This document shows, in pieces, positions 19,253-29,462 of a DNA stretch of 64,000 nucleotides. The translations under genes were made by a program, and so were the position numbers. The DNA comes from Mollicutes bacterium (lineage in GTDB: Bacteria; Bacillota_I; Bacilli_A; RFN20; CAG-826). Every line of letters starts with the position of its first letter. The stretch's first letter is position 1. The notes beneath the pieces are model-generated. The model had not been told where the DNA came from and did no database searches. It saw nothing but the letters and a program-made list of their open reading frames with translations. The DNA lies in assembly GCA_022780025.1 (NCBI GenBank), contig JALEXS010000018.1:3837-67836 (forward strand), read 5' to 3'.

Positions 19253-21178
19253 TTATTTATCTTCTTTTCTTTTACGTGTAATAAGATAAGTAAAAGTAAT
19301 CCCCATTAATGCAATTATAGAAGCAATTATTGATGTAGAAACTATACTTCCTCCACATCCTTTTTTTGTTTCAGTTTTATTATTATTTACTAATTTAATA
19401 ACATCACTAAATATAACAGATTTATATTGAGGTGTTCCTTTAGGACCTAAATATAATCCACTCATAACAACATAAGCATAATTATCATGTTCTTCAATAA
19501 AGAATGGTTTCATTTCAATTGTTTTTTCACCACTATCTCCACTATAAGTAAGATATTTAGTTTCAATAGTAAAATCGCTATAAGTTACACCTTTTTCTAA
19601 TTCATATTCTTCAAGTAATATTGGTCTAATAGCAAAATCTTTTATAACATCAGCATAGTTATTAGTTAATCCAACAACACCACTATTCATTCCTTGATAC
19701 ATACTTGTTGCATTATCATAAGTCCAATAATATCCTGCAAATCCTCTTTCAGCTAATCTTTTATCATAAGTTTTATTGTATAAACTTCTATTTAAGTCGA
19801 TACCAAAATTATTACTATTTAAGACAGCGACTCCATCACTAGTTATTTTATTAAACATTAATTCATTAAAATTATTTAAAGTTGAACAAGGAATTGTACT
19901 TATTTTATCTCTCATTCTAGTTAATTGAGCATTATAAAACGAAATACATACGACTTGATCATACATTTGAGCTTCATCTAGATATGGTTTTAAATAATCA
20001 ACAAAATCAGCATCATCACATTTAATTTCTAAAACTAAAACAGTTCCAGTTTCTTTACATAACTTTAATATTTCATCTAAGAAAGGAATATGAACTCCTT
20101 TTCCAATAGTAATACCACTATAATTTTTAATAATTTTATATTGTGATATTTCTTCACTGGTCATTTCTTTAATTTTTCCAGTTCCATTACATGTACGATC
20201 AATAGTTTCATCATGCATTACAACAATCTTTTTATCTTTTGTAAGATGAGAATCTATTTCAATATGTGATGCTCCATTTTGAATAGCTTTTTTACAACCT
20301 TCATAAGAATTTTCATAAGTTGTCATACATAAACCACGATGAGCAATATTTAAACTAGTTCTATTAGTATTTTTTTGTGGTTGTTGAGTATTTTCAAAAT
20401 AAGAATAACAATTATTAGCTTTATCTATTTCGCTAGTTACGATTCCATAAATTCCTTTACTTAATAAATCAACTACCTTTAAATCTGAATATTCATTGAC
20501 AATAGTCCATACAACTTTCATTCTTCCATAAAGGTATTTAATATTATCATAAGTGGCTAAATCTTCATTAATAATTACGATATTGGCTCTAGCATCAGTT
20601 GATTCATTAACAATTTTACCTAAGTTTAATTCGGTCTTGCTACTATAATCAATAATGCCTCTAATCTTAGCACCATTACCATTACTACATCTTACTTTTT
20701 TAACTAAAGCTGGATCATTACTAATAACAGCAAAGTCTAAAGAACAGAAAGTATTATCAATATATTCAATAAATTTATCAGTAATTTCTTCATTAGAAAG
20801 ATAAATATCAGCAATCATTTTTTCTTTAATATAAGTATTAAATCCATCTTTTAAACTTATATTAAAACTATTTAAATTCTTATCACATATTTCAAGTTTA
20901 TTATTAATATAAATTATAACATTAGATGGTTTTACTTCACTTTCACTAAAGCTTTTTAATTGATCTAAACTACTTATTTCACTATTAAAATAAGTAGGAC
21001 TAACTAAATTAGATTTCTTGTCATAAGTTTTAGCAACTGTAGTATCAATTTTAATAGCACTTCTATTTCTAATAGAATTATCAAATTCACTATTAACATT
21101 ATTTAGTTTTTGCTTATTACCTAATCCTACTAATAAAGTAGAAAGTACAACTGGAAAAATAATTCTTCTATATTCCAT
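19253..21178 (-). CDS. Membrane-anchored glycerophosphodiester phosphodiesterase (GDPD) domain protein
   Basis: GDPD motifs NIAHRG...ENSYEG...HIEIDSHLTKDKKIVVMHDETIDRT. N-terminal signal/anchor and a C-terminal TM helix followed by RKRKEDK. Confidence 0.8.
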   Translation of the reverse strand: MEYRRIIFPVVLSTLLVGLGNKQKLNNVNSEFDNSIRNRSAIKIDTTVAKTYDKKSNLVSPTYFNSEISSLDQLKSFSESEVKPSNVIIYINNKLEICDKNLNSFNISLKDGFNTYIKEKMIADIYLSNEEITDKFIEYIDNTFCSLDFAVISNDPALVKKVRCSNGNGAKIRGIIDYSSKTELNLGKIVNESTDARANIVIINEDLATYDNIKYLYGRMKVVWTIVNEYSDLKVVDLLSKGIYGIVTSEIDKANNCYSYFENTQQPQKNTNRTSLNIAHRGLCMTTYENSYEGCKKAIQNGASHIEIDSHLTKDKKIVVMHDETIDRTCNGTGKIKEMTSEEISQYKIIKNYSGITIGKGVHIPFLDEILKLCKETGTVLVLEIKCDDADFVDYLKPYLDEAQMYDQVVCISFYNAQLTRMRDKISTIPCSTLNNFNELMFNKITSDGVAVLNSNNFGIDLNRSLYNKTYDKRLAERGFAGYYWTYDNATSMYQGMNSGVVGLTNNYADVIKDFAIRPILLEEYELEKGVTYSDFTIETKYLTYSGDSGEKTIEMKPFFIEEHDNYAYVVMSGLYLGPKGTPQYKSVIFSDVIKLVNNNKTETKKGCGGSIVSTSIIASIIALMGITFTYLITRKRKEDK

Positions 21179-21189
21179 AATAAACCCCT

Positions 21190-22344
21190 TTATTTAATAT
21201 TCTTTTCTATAAAATCATATAAGATTTTAGTATATGTATTATGAGCAATTAATGAAGGATGACCATTTGCTCCACTTTGATTTCCACCAAACTGTACAAC
21301 ATATCCCGTATTTGCTCCATATTTTTCATTAATATTACTATTTGATGTTTTAATAGCACTTATTAATTTAGTTCCAATATCATAACACATGTTATAGCAA
21401 GAAATTATCTTACATTCAGGAGATCTAGTTTTAATATAATCAACTATAATTCCATAATTTTTAATAAATTCTTCAATACCTTTTTTCTTTTCAGCACTAC
21501 TTTTATTTTCATCAAAATAACCACCATAATCATTACTACCTAAATTTATAACAGCTATTTTAGGTTTATTATTTTCACCTTCATATTTATTAACACCATC
21601 ATAAGTGTCATATTTATCCATCATATCAACACCATAAGGAGCTAAAGTTTTAGTTAAAGCAATTCCACTCCATGCAATAATTGATGAATCATAATCTAAT
21701 TTATCTGCTAATTGTTGAGCATAAGATAAAGTTCCATCTTGTTCTTTTGTTAAATAAGTTTTACTACTAGGTTCACCTAAATTTCCATAACCTGCAGTAA
21801 TAGAGTCTCCATAAAATTCTATTAAATTTCTTTTAGGATTATATGTTCTTTTATAATATTTTAAATTAGAACCAGTTAAGCTAGACATATATAATTTAGT
21901 TGTACTAAGTTCATTCATTTTTAAAACTTTAAGTTGATGTTTACCTACTTCTAAGTTTTTAAATAAAGTTATTTCTTGCTCGCCTTTATTTAATTCAATT
22001 ACTTCTTTTTCTTTACCATCTATATAAGTTTTAATATATTGATGTTCATGACCTTCAGATTCACTTAAAAGTGTTGCTTTAATTTCATTTTGTTCACTAG
22101 TTGGTTCACAAATTAATTCAAATCCAGTAGCAGTAAATCCAAAAAATACTTGTTTCTTATTGTTATAATCAATAACTTTACTTCTACCATATAAATTAAT
22201 TGAACTATTATCAAAAATATTCAAATTTGATATTTCTTTATCAACATTACCCATAATATTATTTCCTTTATTACAACTAAAAAGTACACTACATGATGTA
22301 GCAATAACTGCCATTGTTATTTTTAATTTATTATTAAAAGTCAT
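21190..22344 (-). CDS. CE2-like SGNH esterase, lipoprotein form
   Basis: Lipobox LFSC, then the same architecture and motifs as 15829-16893 (GDSITAGYGN, INLGSNDY, NGHPS). Confidence 0.6.
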   Translation of the reverse strand: MTFNNKLKITMAVIATSCSVLFSCNKGNNIMGNVDKEISNLNIFDNSSINLYGRSKVIDYNNKKQVFFGFTATGFELICEPTSEQNEIKATLLSESEGHEHQYIKTYIDGKEKEVIELNKGEQEITLFKNLEVGKHQLKVLKMNELSTTKLYMSSLTGSNLKYYKRTYNPKRNLIEFYGDSITAGYGNLGEPSSKTYLTKEQDGTLSYAQQLADKLDYDSSIIAWSGIALTKTLAPYGVDMMDKYDTYDGVNKYEGENNKPKIAVINLGSNDYGGYFDENKSSAEKKKGIEEFIKNYGIIVDYIKTRSPECKIISCYNMCYDIGTKLISAIKTSNSNINEKYGANTGYVVQFGGNQSGANGHPSLIAHNTYTKILYDFIEKNIK

Positions 22345-22611
22345 AATTAAACTCCTAATATTATTATAATATAATAATATTGATTTAAAGTTCGATAGAA
22401 TAATTAAAAATTAAGATTTTTTAAATATTTATTTTTTATATTTTTTAATTCTATTCTTAATAAATGTTAATTTTTAAGCAAATATTAGACAATTTACGAA
22501 TTTTAATATTAATTTTTATTAAATTATCTAAAATTTTAATAAAATAATAAAAATATTCTTTTTTTAAGAAAAATATGTTTATTTTAAAATATAAAATGTT
22601 AGAATAAAAAT

Positions 22612-23436
22612 ATGGTTAATGAAGCTAAATTTTTAAATACTAATTTCTTGCATGGAAGTGAAATTTATTTTGTTATGTCAAAAATTGAAAAAGAATATCC
22701 ACTTCACTTTCATGAATTTTATGAAATCGAATTACCAATCGAAGGTGAAGGTTATGAAATAATTAATGGCGTAAGACATGAAATTGATTATTCTACTATT
22801 TTCTTATTTCATCCAACTGATTATCATCAAATTTTTGCTACTAAGCCAATTACAATGTATAACATTGCTTTCACTAATTCAGTAATTGATGAAGAAATTA
22901 TTTCTAACTTTTTAAATTATGAAAGTGGAATCGTTATTAATTTAAGTGAAAATAAACTTAATCAAATTAAAACTACTATTAAATTAATACAAGAAATATT
23001 TAATAGTCATCGTTCTAATAAAGAAGACATATTAAGTCATTTATTAAATGCTTTACTTCTTATAATTATTGGATCTAGACAAACTCCTGAAGCTATAGAA
23101 AGTTCTCAAAGTCCTATTGTCAGTGTTTTAAAATATATCCATGAAAATTATTCTTCTAACCCAACTTTACAAGAATTAAGTGATTATTGTGGCTATCAAA
23201 GAAATTATTTCTGTGATTATTTTAAAAAGAAGACTGGATTTACTTATAAAGATTATTTATCAAATATTAAAATAAATGCTTCAAAAAGATTATTAAAAAT
23301 AACTAATAAATCAATAAAAGAAATTGCTTTAGAATGTGGATTTAATAGTGTAAATAATTTTATTAGAAAATTTAAAATACACGCTAATATCACACCAATG
23401 CAATATCGTAAATTATATTTAGAAACTAAGAAATAG
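22612..23436 (+). CDS. AraC family transcriptional regulator (cupin sensor + HTH)
   Basis: N-terminal cupin-like HFHEFYEIE. C-terminal AraC HTH ...IKEIALECGFNSVNNFIRKFK...TPMQYR. Divergent from locus B. Confidence 0.85.
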   Translation: MVNEAKFLNTNFLHGSEIYFVMSKIEKEYPLHFHEFYEIELPIEGEGYEIINGVRHEIDYSTIFLFHPTDYHQIFATKPITMYNIAFTNSVIDEEIISNFLNYESGIVINLSENKLNQIKTTIKLIQEIFNSHRSNKEDILSHLLNALLLIIIGSRQTPEAIESSQSPIVSVLKYIHENYSSNPTLQELSDYCGYQRNYFCDYFKKKTGFTYKDYLSNIKINASKRLLKITNKSIKEIALECGFNSVNNFIRKFKIHANITPMQYRKLYLETKK

Positions 23437-24625
23437 TTTCTTGATAATACTTAAATTTAAATATTCTTTCTCCTAAACTTCTTTGAGTTTTAGAACTTAA
23501 TTTTAATATTAAAGATATTGAACTTAATATAATAAATAATGAAATTATATGTAAAAATGAGATCGTTAAATTGCCAAGAATTAAGAACTTAAATGTTAAT
23601 AAATTTAAGCTTCCTTCAATAAATATAATAAAAAATAATAAATAAAAATATTTAATAAACGCTAATAAATAATTTTTTATTATAGTTATTTTATTAAATG
23701 ATTTATCTTGATTGAGTCTAGATAATCTAAATATATATTCACCAACTGTTCTACTCCTTTTATTAAATAAAGGTATTAATAATTCAGAAATTGATATAGA
23801 AATCATATAAGATAAGAAAATAAGTCCTAATAAGTTATTACTTTTAGTATTATATAATCTTTCATATGTATAAAAACTTTCGTTGTATTCTTTATAACTA
23901 AGCAAATATTCACCTGCAGTTTTATATAATTTAGTAAAGTAATTAGAAAATTCATTATCAACATTTCTTAAAGTTGAATAATTAGATTTCATTACATTGT
24001 ATTGAAATAAATATCTACAAGTTTCAACGTTTAATCTAGGTAAAGTGTTATAATCTCCATCAAAAGTAAAAAATTTACTTCCAGAATTACTAATATCCAT
24101 AAAAGTATCTATAAAATATTTTTTATAATCATTATCTATTACTTCTAATATTTTATTATTATCTTTATCATTTTTATCAATGATATAAGTTGTCATAAAA
24201 TAAGCTAAATCATTATTTATATAATCGTTTTCTTTGACATCTTTAAAGAAATCTTTTTTAGTTAAATAACCAACATTATCTAAATCTTCTTTATAAATTT
24301 CACTATAATTTTCATAACAATATTTTATATTTTGATAAACAAATATTTTATAAAGCCCATCAACATTACTAATAGCATTAGTTTTATTATTATAGTAAAT
24401 TAAATGAGAATCCCTTCCAATCTCAAGTATTTTTTCTTTATTTAAAGAAATCTCTTCATCTTTTTTATATTGATAAGCATTATAGTAAATTGGTCTAATA
24501 ATACCAAAAAAAGAAATTACTATTAATAATAAAGTAATAAGAGAATTAATTAAATTAGCAAGTATGATTAACTTATTACTAGCTAATATGTATTTGTCTT
24601 TTTTATTTAATTCGTCATTCATCAA
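23426..24625 (-). CDS. Hypothetical multi-pass membrane protein
   Basis: 399 aa. One N-terminal TM helix, a ~230-aa soluble region, then several C-terminal TM helices. An 11-nt overlap with the GH36 gene suggests co-transcription. Confidence 0.4.
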   Translation of the reverse strand: MMNDELNKKDKYILASNKLIILANLINSLITLLLIVISFFGIIRPIYYNAYQYKKDEEISLNKEKILEIGRDSHLIYYNNKTNAISNVDGLYKIFVYQNIKYCYENYSEIYKEDLDNVGYLTKKDFFKDVKENDYINNDLAYFMTTYIIDKNDKDNNKILEVIDNDYKKYFIDTFMDISNSGSKFFTFDGDYNTLPRLNVETCRYLFQYNVMKSNYSTLRNVDNEFSNYFTKLYKTAGEYLLSYKEYNESFYTYERLYNTKSNNLLGLIFLSYMISISISELLIPLFNKRSRTVGEYIFRLSRLNQDKSFNKITIIKNYLLAFIKYFYLLFFIIFIEGSLNLLTFKFLILGNLTISFLHIISLFIILSSISLILKLSSKTQRSLGERIFKFKYYQETIS

Positions 24626-26804
24626 TCTTAATAAGTTCTATAAGTTGTGGGGTAAAATTAGTCATTCCCATTGATAAATTTAATCCAATATTCATATAGA
24701 AATCACCATAATAAATTTCGTTATTAAAACTATTTTTATACTTATAATCTTTATTTAATCCTTTTAATTTTATAAATCTAGATTTCCAGTTTATATGTCT
24801 ATAATTCATAAAATAAATTATAGCTTTACTAGCATCTTTTTCGATTAATTCCCAACAAACAAAATTAGATTCATAAGGATTAATTAAAGGATAATAATCT
24901 CCTTTATCAATAGTATGTTTATTATTTAAAAATCTTTCGTTAGCAATATGAACTTCTTTTAAATCTTCATCGTTTAATTTAGTAGGATCTAATTCATATC
25001 CAAAAGTTCCAAACATTGCTACCGCTGCTTTTTCTTTAATAGATAAATATTTTCTAGCACTAACATGTGATCCAATACATTCTAAAGGGTAGAATAAATT
25101 TGTAGAATATTGAATTTGTGATCTAGAAATTGCATCTGTTTCATCACTTGCCCATATTTGATGTGAATAAAATAACATTCCTATATCAAATCGGCCTCCA
25201 CCACCAGCACAAGTTTCAAGTAAAATATGAGGATAACGTTTATTAAATCTATTTAATAAATCATAAGTTCCTAATGTAAATAAATGAAATATCTCTCTTT
25301 CTTTATCTTTTTGTAAAGTCATAGAATAAGTTTCGGTTAATAAACGATTAAAATCCCATTTGCAATAATCAATATCATAATTATCAAAAATCTTACAAAT
25401 TGAATCAAATACATAATCTCTAGCTTCTTTATTAGTTAAATCTAAAACAAATTGATGTCTTAATGTAGTAGGATTTATAGATTTATCAAATAAAGCAAAC
25501 TCAGGATGCTTTCTATATAATTCACTATCAAAGCTAATTTGTTCAGGTTCAATCCATAAACCAAATTTAATATTTAAAGAGTGAGCATAATCAATTACTT
25601 CTTTTAAATTAATTTTATTTTCATTTACCCACCAATCACCTAAAGAGGATTTATCATTATTTCTATTACTAAACCATCCATCATCTAAAACTACTAAATT
25701 AACATCCATTTTTTTAGCTTGCGTTATAAAATTTTTAATTTTATTTGTATCAAAATCCATAAAACAAGCTTCCCAAGAGTTAAGTAAGATAGTATTTTCA
25801 AATCCATCAACATATCTTAAAACATGTTTTCTAATAAAATCGTGGAAAGTGTGGGTAATATAATTTGTTCCTTTAGAAGAATAAATTAAAAAAGCTTCAG
25901 GTGTTATAAAAGTATCAAATTTATCTAATTTTGCTTCAAAATAATCATCATTTATTCCTAATATACATCTAGTTTGATCCATATTGGTTCCACTAAATTC
26001 AAATTTAAAATTACCAGAATAAATAAGTCCACCACCAATAACTTCTCCAAAGTCATCGTTAGAATCTTTATGTTTCAACATAAAAACTGGATTATGATAA
26101 AATCCTTTAGCACCAGATATTTCTTCTATTAATATAGTGTTATGTTTAATATCTTGAGCTTCTAATTCTCTATCAGTAGCATAAGTTCCTTGAATACTTA
26201 TTAATTTATAATCATCATTATTTAAATCTAATGCTAATGAACTAGCTTTATTAATATAAATAGCTTTATTAGATTTATTAATAATTTCATTATGTCTAAC
26301 TATTAAATCTAAATCTTCATAAATCGTATAATAAGCATCTAAATAAATTTCATCTTTTAAATCTTTTAAAGTAATTTTTAAAGTAATACATTCATTTTCA
26401 TTACCTTTAATATAAGGCATATTTTCAAATTTAGTTTTACCTTTAAAAATTTCATGACTTACATATCTAAAATCTGTAATTAAACTATTATCATCATGAT
26501 TAATTACGATTAAAGGTTTTCTTTTATCATAAGTTAAATAAGATGGTATCTCAATTAATGAGCCTTGTCCTGAAAAATAAGGATTAAAAAACTCATGTTC
26601 TTTTTTATTATCTAAATCATAATATGAATAAACATCACCTGATATATCATTCATATAATTAATAGCGTTTTTAGTTAAATCATGGATCTTTTCTCCAAAA
26701 TATAATTTAACTAAAACACCTATTTCATTAACATAAAAAGAATAAATTATATTTTTATTTTCTAATATAAAAACTTTATTAATATTATCAAATTTAATAT
26801 TCAT
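24615..26804 (-). CDS. Alpha-galactosidase, GH36
   Basis: DDGWF, YCKWDFNR, ETCAGGGGRFD and WASDETDA motifs. 729 aa, no signal peptide. Confidence 0.9.
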   Translation of the reverse strand: MNIKFDNINKVFILENKNIIYSFYVNEIGVLVKLYFGEKIHDLTKNAINYMNDISGDVYSYYDLDNKKEHEFFNPYFSGQGSLIEIPSYLTYDKRKPLIVINHDDNSLITDFRYVSHEIFKGKTKFENMPYIKGNENECITLKITLKDLKDEIYLDAYYTIYEDLDLIVRHNEIINKSNKAIYINKASSLALDLNNDDYKLISIQGTYATDRELEAQDIKHNTILIEEISGAKGFYHNPVFMLKHKDSNDDFGEVIGGGLIYSGNFKFEFSGTNMDQTRCILGINDDYFEAKLDKFDTFITPEAFLIYSSKGTNYITHTFHDFIRKHVLRYVDGFENTILLNSWEACFMDFDTNKIKNFITQAKKMDVNLVVLDDGWFSNRNNDKSSLGDWWVNENKINLKEVIDYAHSLNIKFGLWIEPEQISFDSELYRKHPEFALFDKSINPTTLRHQFVLDLTNKEARDYVFDSICKIFDNYDIDYCKWDFNRLLTETYSMTLQKDKEREIFHLFTLGTYDLLNRFNKRYPHILLETCAGGGGRFDIGMLFYSHQIWASDETDAISRSQIQYSTNLFYPLECIGSHVSARKYLSIKEKAAVAMFGTFGYELDPTKLNDEDLKEVHIANERFLNNKHTIDKGDYYPLINPYESNFVCWELIEKDASKAIIYFMNYRHINWKSRFIKLKGLNKDYKYKNSFNNEIYYGDFYMNIGLNLSMGMTNFTPQLIELIKIDE

Positions 26805-26811
26805 AAATTAA

Positions 26812-28689
26812 TTATAGCAAAATTTCATCATCAACTGTGTCGAAGATATGAACTTTATTTAAATCAAATACAACTTTTATAGAATCATTTTCTTTTAATT
26901 CATTATTAGCACTTGCTTTAAATATGAAATCATGATTTTGTAAGCTACTATGTAAATAATATTCATTTCCTAATAATTCAGGAATAGTAATTTTTAATGT
27001 TAATTTATTAGAAGCTTTAATATTTTCTTCAACATAATTATTTTCAATAAATACATTTTCAGGTCTAATACCAAATTTAATTTCGTATTCTTTAGTTTCT
27101 AATAATTTTTCATAATGCTCTTTAGCTTTAATAGCTTCAGTTAATTTATCTTCATAAATTCTATCACAAATTGATTTTTCATAATCATCAAGAGTTATAC
27201 TAGTTAATGGATCTATTAATTGATCATTTTCATCGAATTCGAATTTATAACCTTTCTTATTTGCATTTAATTTAAATTCTTCACGCTTAGCATTTAAGCT
27301 CTTTTCGTATTCTTGTTCTTTTCCGTTTTCAATAAAATAGTTGATTTTTGCAAGCTTTTCTTTAATTATAAGGACTAATTTATCAACTAATGCTGGATCT
27401 AAATTTAAAATATTATCATCATCAAACTTAATTTTATTATCAATAATTTTGGTATTAATAATATTCATTGAAGGACTTCCAATAAATGTTGCAACGAAAA
27501 TATTTGCAGGATGATTATAAATATCTTTAGGTTTTCCTATTTGTTGGATAACACCTTTTTTCATAATTACAATTCTATCTGCCATAGTCATAGCTTCAGT
27601 TTGATCGTGAGTTACATAAATTGTTGTTGCACCAATCTTTTTATGAATTCTAATAATTTCGCTTCTCATTGAGACCCTAAGTTTAGCATCAAGATTACTT
27701 AATGGTTCGTCCATTAAGAATAATTTAGCTCTTTTACAAATAGCTCTTCCTAATGCAACACGTTGTCTTTGACCACCACTAAGAGCTTTAGGTTTTCTAT
27801 CTAAATATTCTTCAATTTGTAAAATTTTACTAGCTTCATCAACTCTTTCATCAATTTCTTCTTTATTAAGTTTTTTAGAAACAAATTGTGGAACATTAGT
27901 ATTTTCAGTTTCTTTTAAATTCTCTTCTAATAAAGTTATCTTTTCATTTATATCTTTTAATTCTAATTTAGCTTCATATAATTTAGTAATTAATTTATGT
28001 TCTTCTTTTTCTTTAAATTTGAGTTCTTTATTTTTAATTAAATTAGGATTCTCTTCTTTTATTTTTTTGATTTCATCTTTAAGAATATTTAATTCATTTT
28101 CAAGTTTTTCAATATTAGAAAACTCCTCTTTTTTCTTATAAAAGCCTTCTAATTCCTTATTAATTTCTTCAATTTTAGTTTTATCTGGGCCATAAACTTG
28201 GTTGCCATTATCATCTAGAACAGGAACTAAAGTTTCTTTAATTCTCATTGAAAAAGCCATATTATCATATACTGACATGTGAGGATATAAAGCATAACTT
28301 TGGAAAACCATAGCTATGCTTCTATCCTTAGGAGGTAAAGAGTTTGCGTATTGTCCATCAATAAATAAATTACCTGAGGTAATTTCTTCTAGACCAGCAA
28401 TCATTCTTAAAACAGTTGATTTACCACAGCCAGATGGACCAACAAAAACAATAAATTCGTTTTTCTTAATATCTAAACTAAAATCAAAAACAGCTTGGAC
28501 TAAATTGTCATAAATTTTATTAACTTTTTGAATAGAAACAAAACTATCTTTTGGTGAAGATTTTGGTTTATTACGATTAGCTAGTTCAATTGCTACTACA
28601 TTATTATAGTTCATGACACGCTTTTCATATTCTTCTCTTTCTTTTTGCTTAATTTCTTTTCTAGTTAATCCATTTTTATTTTTAAACAT
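26812..28689 (-). CDS. MsmK/MalK-like sugar ABC ATPase with an N-terminal extension and a ~120-aa coiled-coil insertion
   Basis: [34 protein letters not shown] and YVTHD are present. A Lys/Glu-rich insert separates the Q-loop region (..AFSMRIKE) from EEIDERV. Confidence 0.85.
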   Translation of the reverse strand: MFKNKNGLTRKEIKQKEREEYEKRVMNYNNVVAIELANRNKPKSSPKDSFVSIQKVNKIYDNLVQAVFDFSLDIKKNEFIVFVGPSGCGKSTVLRMIAGLEEITSGNLFIDGQYANSLPPKDRSIAMVFQSYALYPHMSVYDNMAFSMRIKETLVPVLDDNGNQVYGPDKTKIEEINKELEGFYKKKEEFSNIEKLENELNILKDEIKKIKEENPNLIKNKELKFKEKEEHKLITKLYEAKLELKDINEKITLLEENLKETENTNVPQFVSKKLNKEEIDERVDEASKILQIEEYLDRKPKALSGGQRQRVALGRAICKRAKLFLMDEPLSNLDAKLRVSMRSEIIRIHKKIGATTIYVTHDQTEAMTMADRIVIMKKGVIQQIGKPKDIYNHPANIFVATFIGSPSMNIINTKIIDNKIKFDDDNILNLDPALVDKLVLIIKEKLAKINYFIENGKEQEYEKSLNAKREEFKLNANKKGYKFEFDENDQLIDPLTSITLDDYEKSICDRIYEDKLTEAIKAKEHYEKLLETKEYEIKFGIRPENVFIENNYVEENIKASNKLTLKITIPELLGNEYYLHSSLQNHDFIFKASANNELKENDSIKVVFDLNKVHIFDTVDDEILL

Positions 28690-28786
28690 AATTAATCCTC
28701 GCTAGTTATATTTTATAATAAACTTTATATTTCTTAAATTTTATATATGTTTTACATAATTTCAAATTAAAAAATATTAATTTTTG

Positions 28787-29461
28787 TTAATTTTCAAATT
28801 CTTTTAAATATCTTTTTGTAATTTGTAATGGTCTAGTTATTGCTCCACCAATTACAACATATTTTACACCAGTATTTAATACATTTTTTAAAGCTTGAGG
28901 AGAATCGATTCCTCCTTCAAAGATAACATTAGTTTTTGTTATCTCTTTTAATAATGATTTTGTAAATTCAATATCTGGTATTTTTATACCTTTAGTTTCT
29001 TCAGTATAACTTCTCAAAGTTGATGAGACATAATCAAATCCAAGTTTTTCAGCATTTTTTGCTTCTTCTAAAGTTGCACAATCTGCCATAATTAATTTAT
29101 TAGAATGATTTCTAATATAATTAACTAAATCTTCAAGCTTTTCACCATTATGTCTATAACGTAATGTAGCATCTAGAGCGATTACATCGCATTTTGACTT
29201 AATTAATTTTTTAACTTCTTTTAAAGTTGGAGTTATATAAACTTCTGAATCATCATAAACTTTTTTAATAATCCCAATTATAGGTAATTGACCTTTTAAT
29301 TTATGATAAATTCCATTTATATCTTTTACTGTATTAGCTCTAATTCCTTTTGCACCAGCTAAATATGCTGCATAAGCAAATTTTTTGATTGAATCACCAC
29401 CATACATTGGTTCATCTTTCAAAGCTTGGCAAGAAACAATTAATCCTTCATTGAGTTTCAT
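28787..29461 (-). CDS. nanE: N-acetylmannosamine-6-phosphate 2-epimerase
   Basis: 224 aa. The N-terminus GLIVSCQALKDEPMYG is characteristic of NanE. TIM-barrel length. Confidence 0.85.
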   Translation of the reverse strand: MKLNEGLIVSCQALKDEPMYGGDSIKKFAYAAYLAGAKGIRANTVKDINGIYHKLKGQLPIIGIIKKVYDDSEVYITPTLKEVKKLIKSKCDVIALDATLRYRHNGEKLEDLVNYIRNHSNKLIMADCATLEEAKNAEKLGFDYVSSTLRSYTEETKGIKIPDIEFTKSLLKEITKTNVIFEGGIDSPQALKNVLNTGVKYVVIGGAITRPLQITKRYLKEFEN

Positions 29462-29462
29462 A

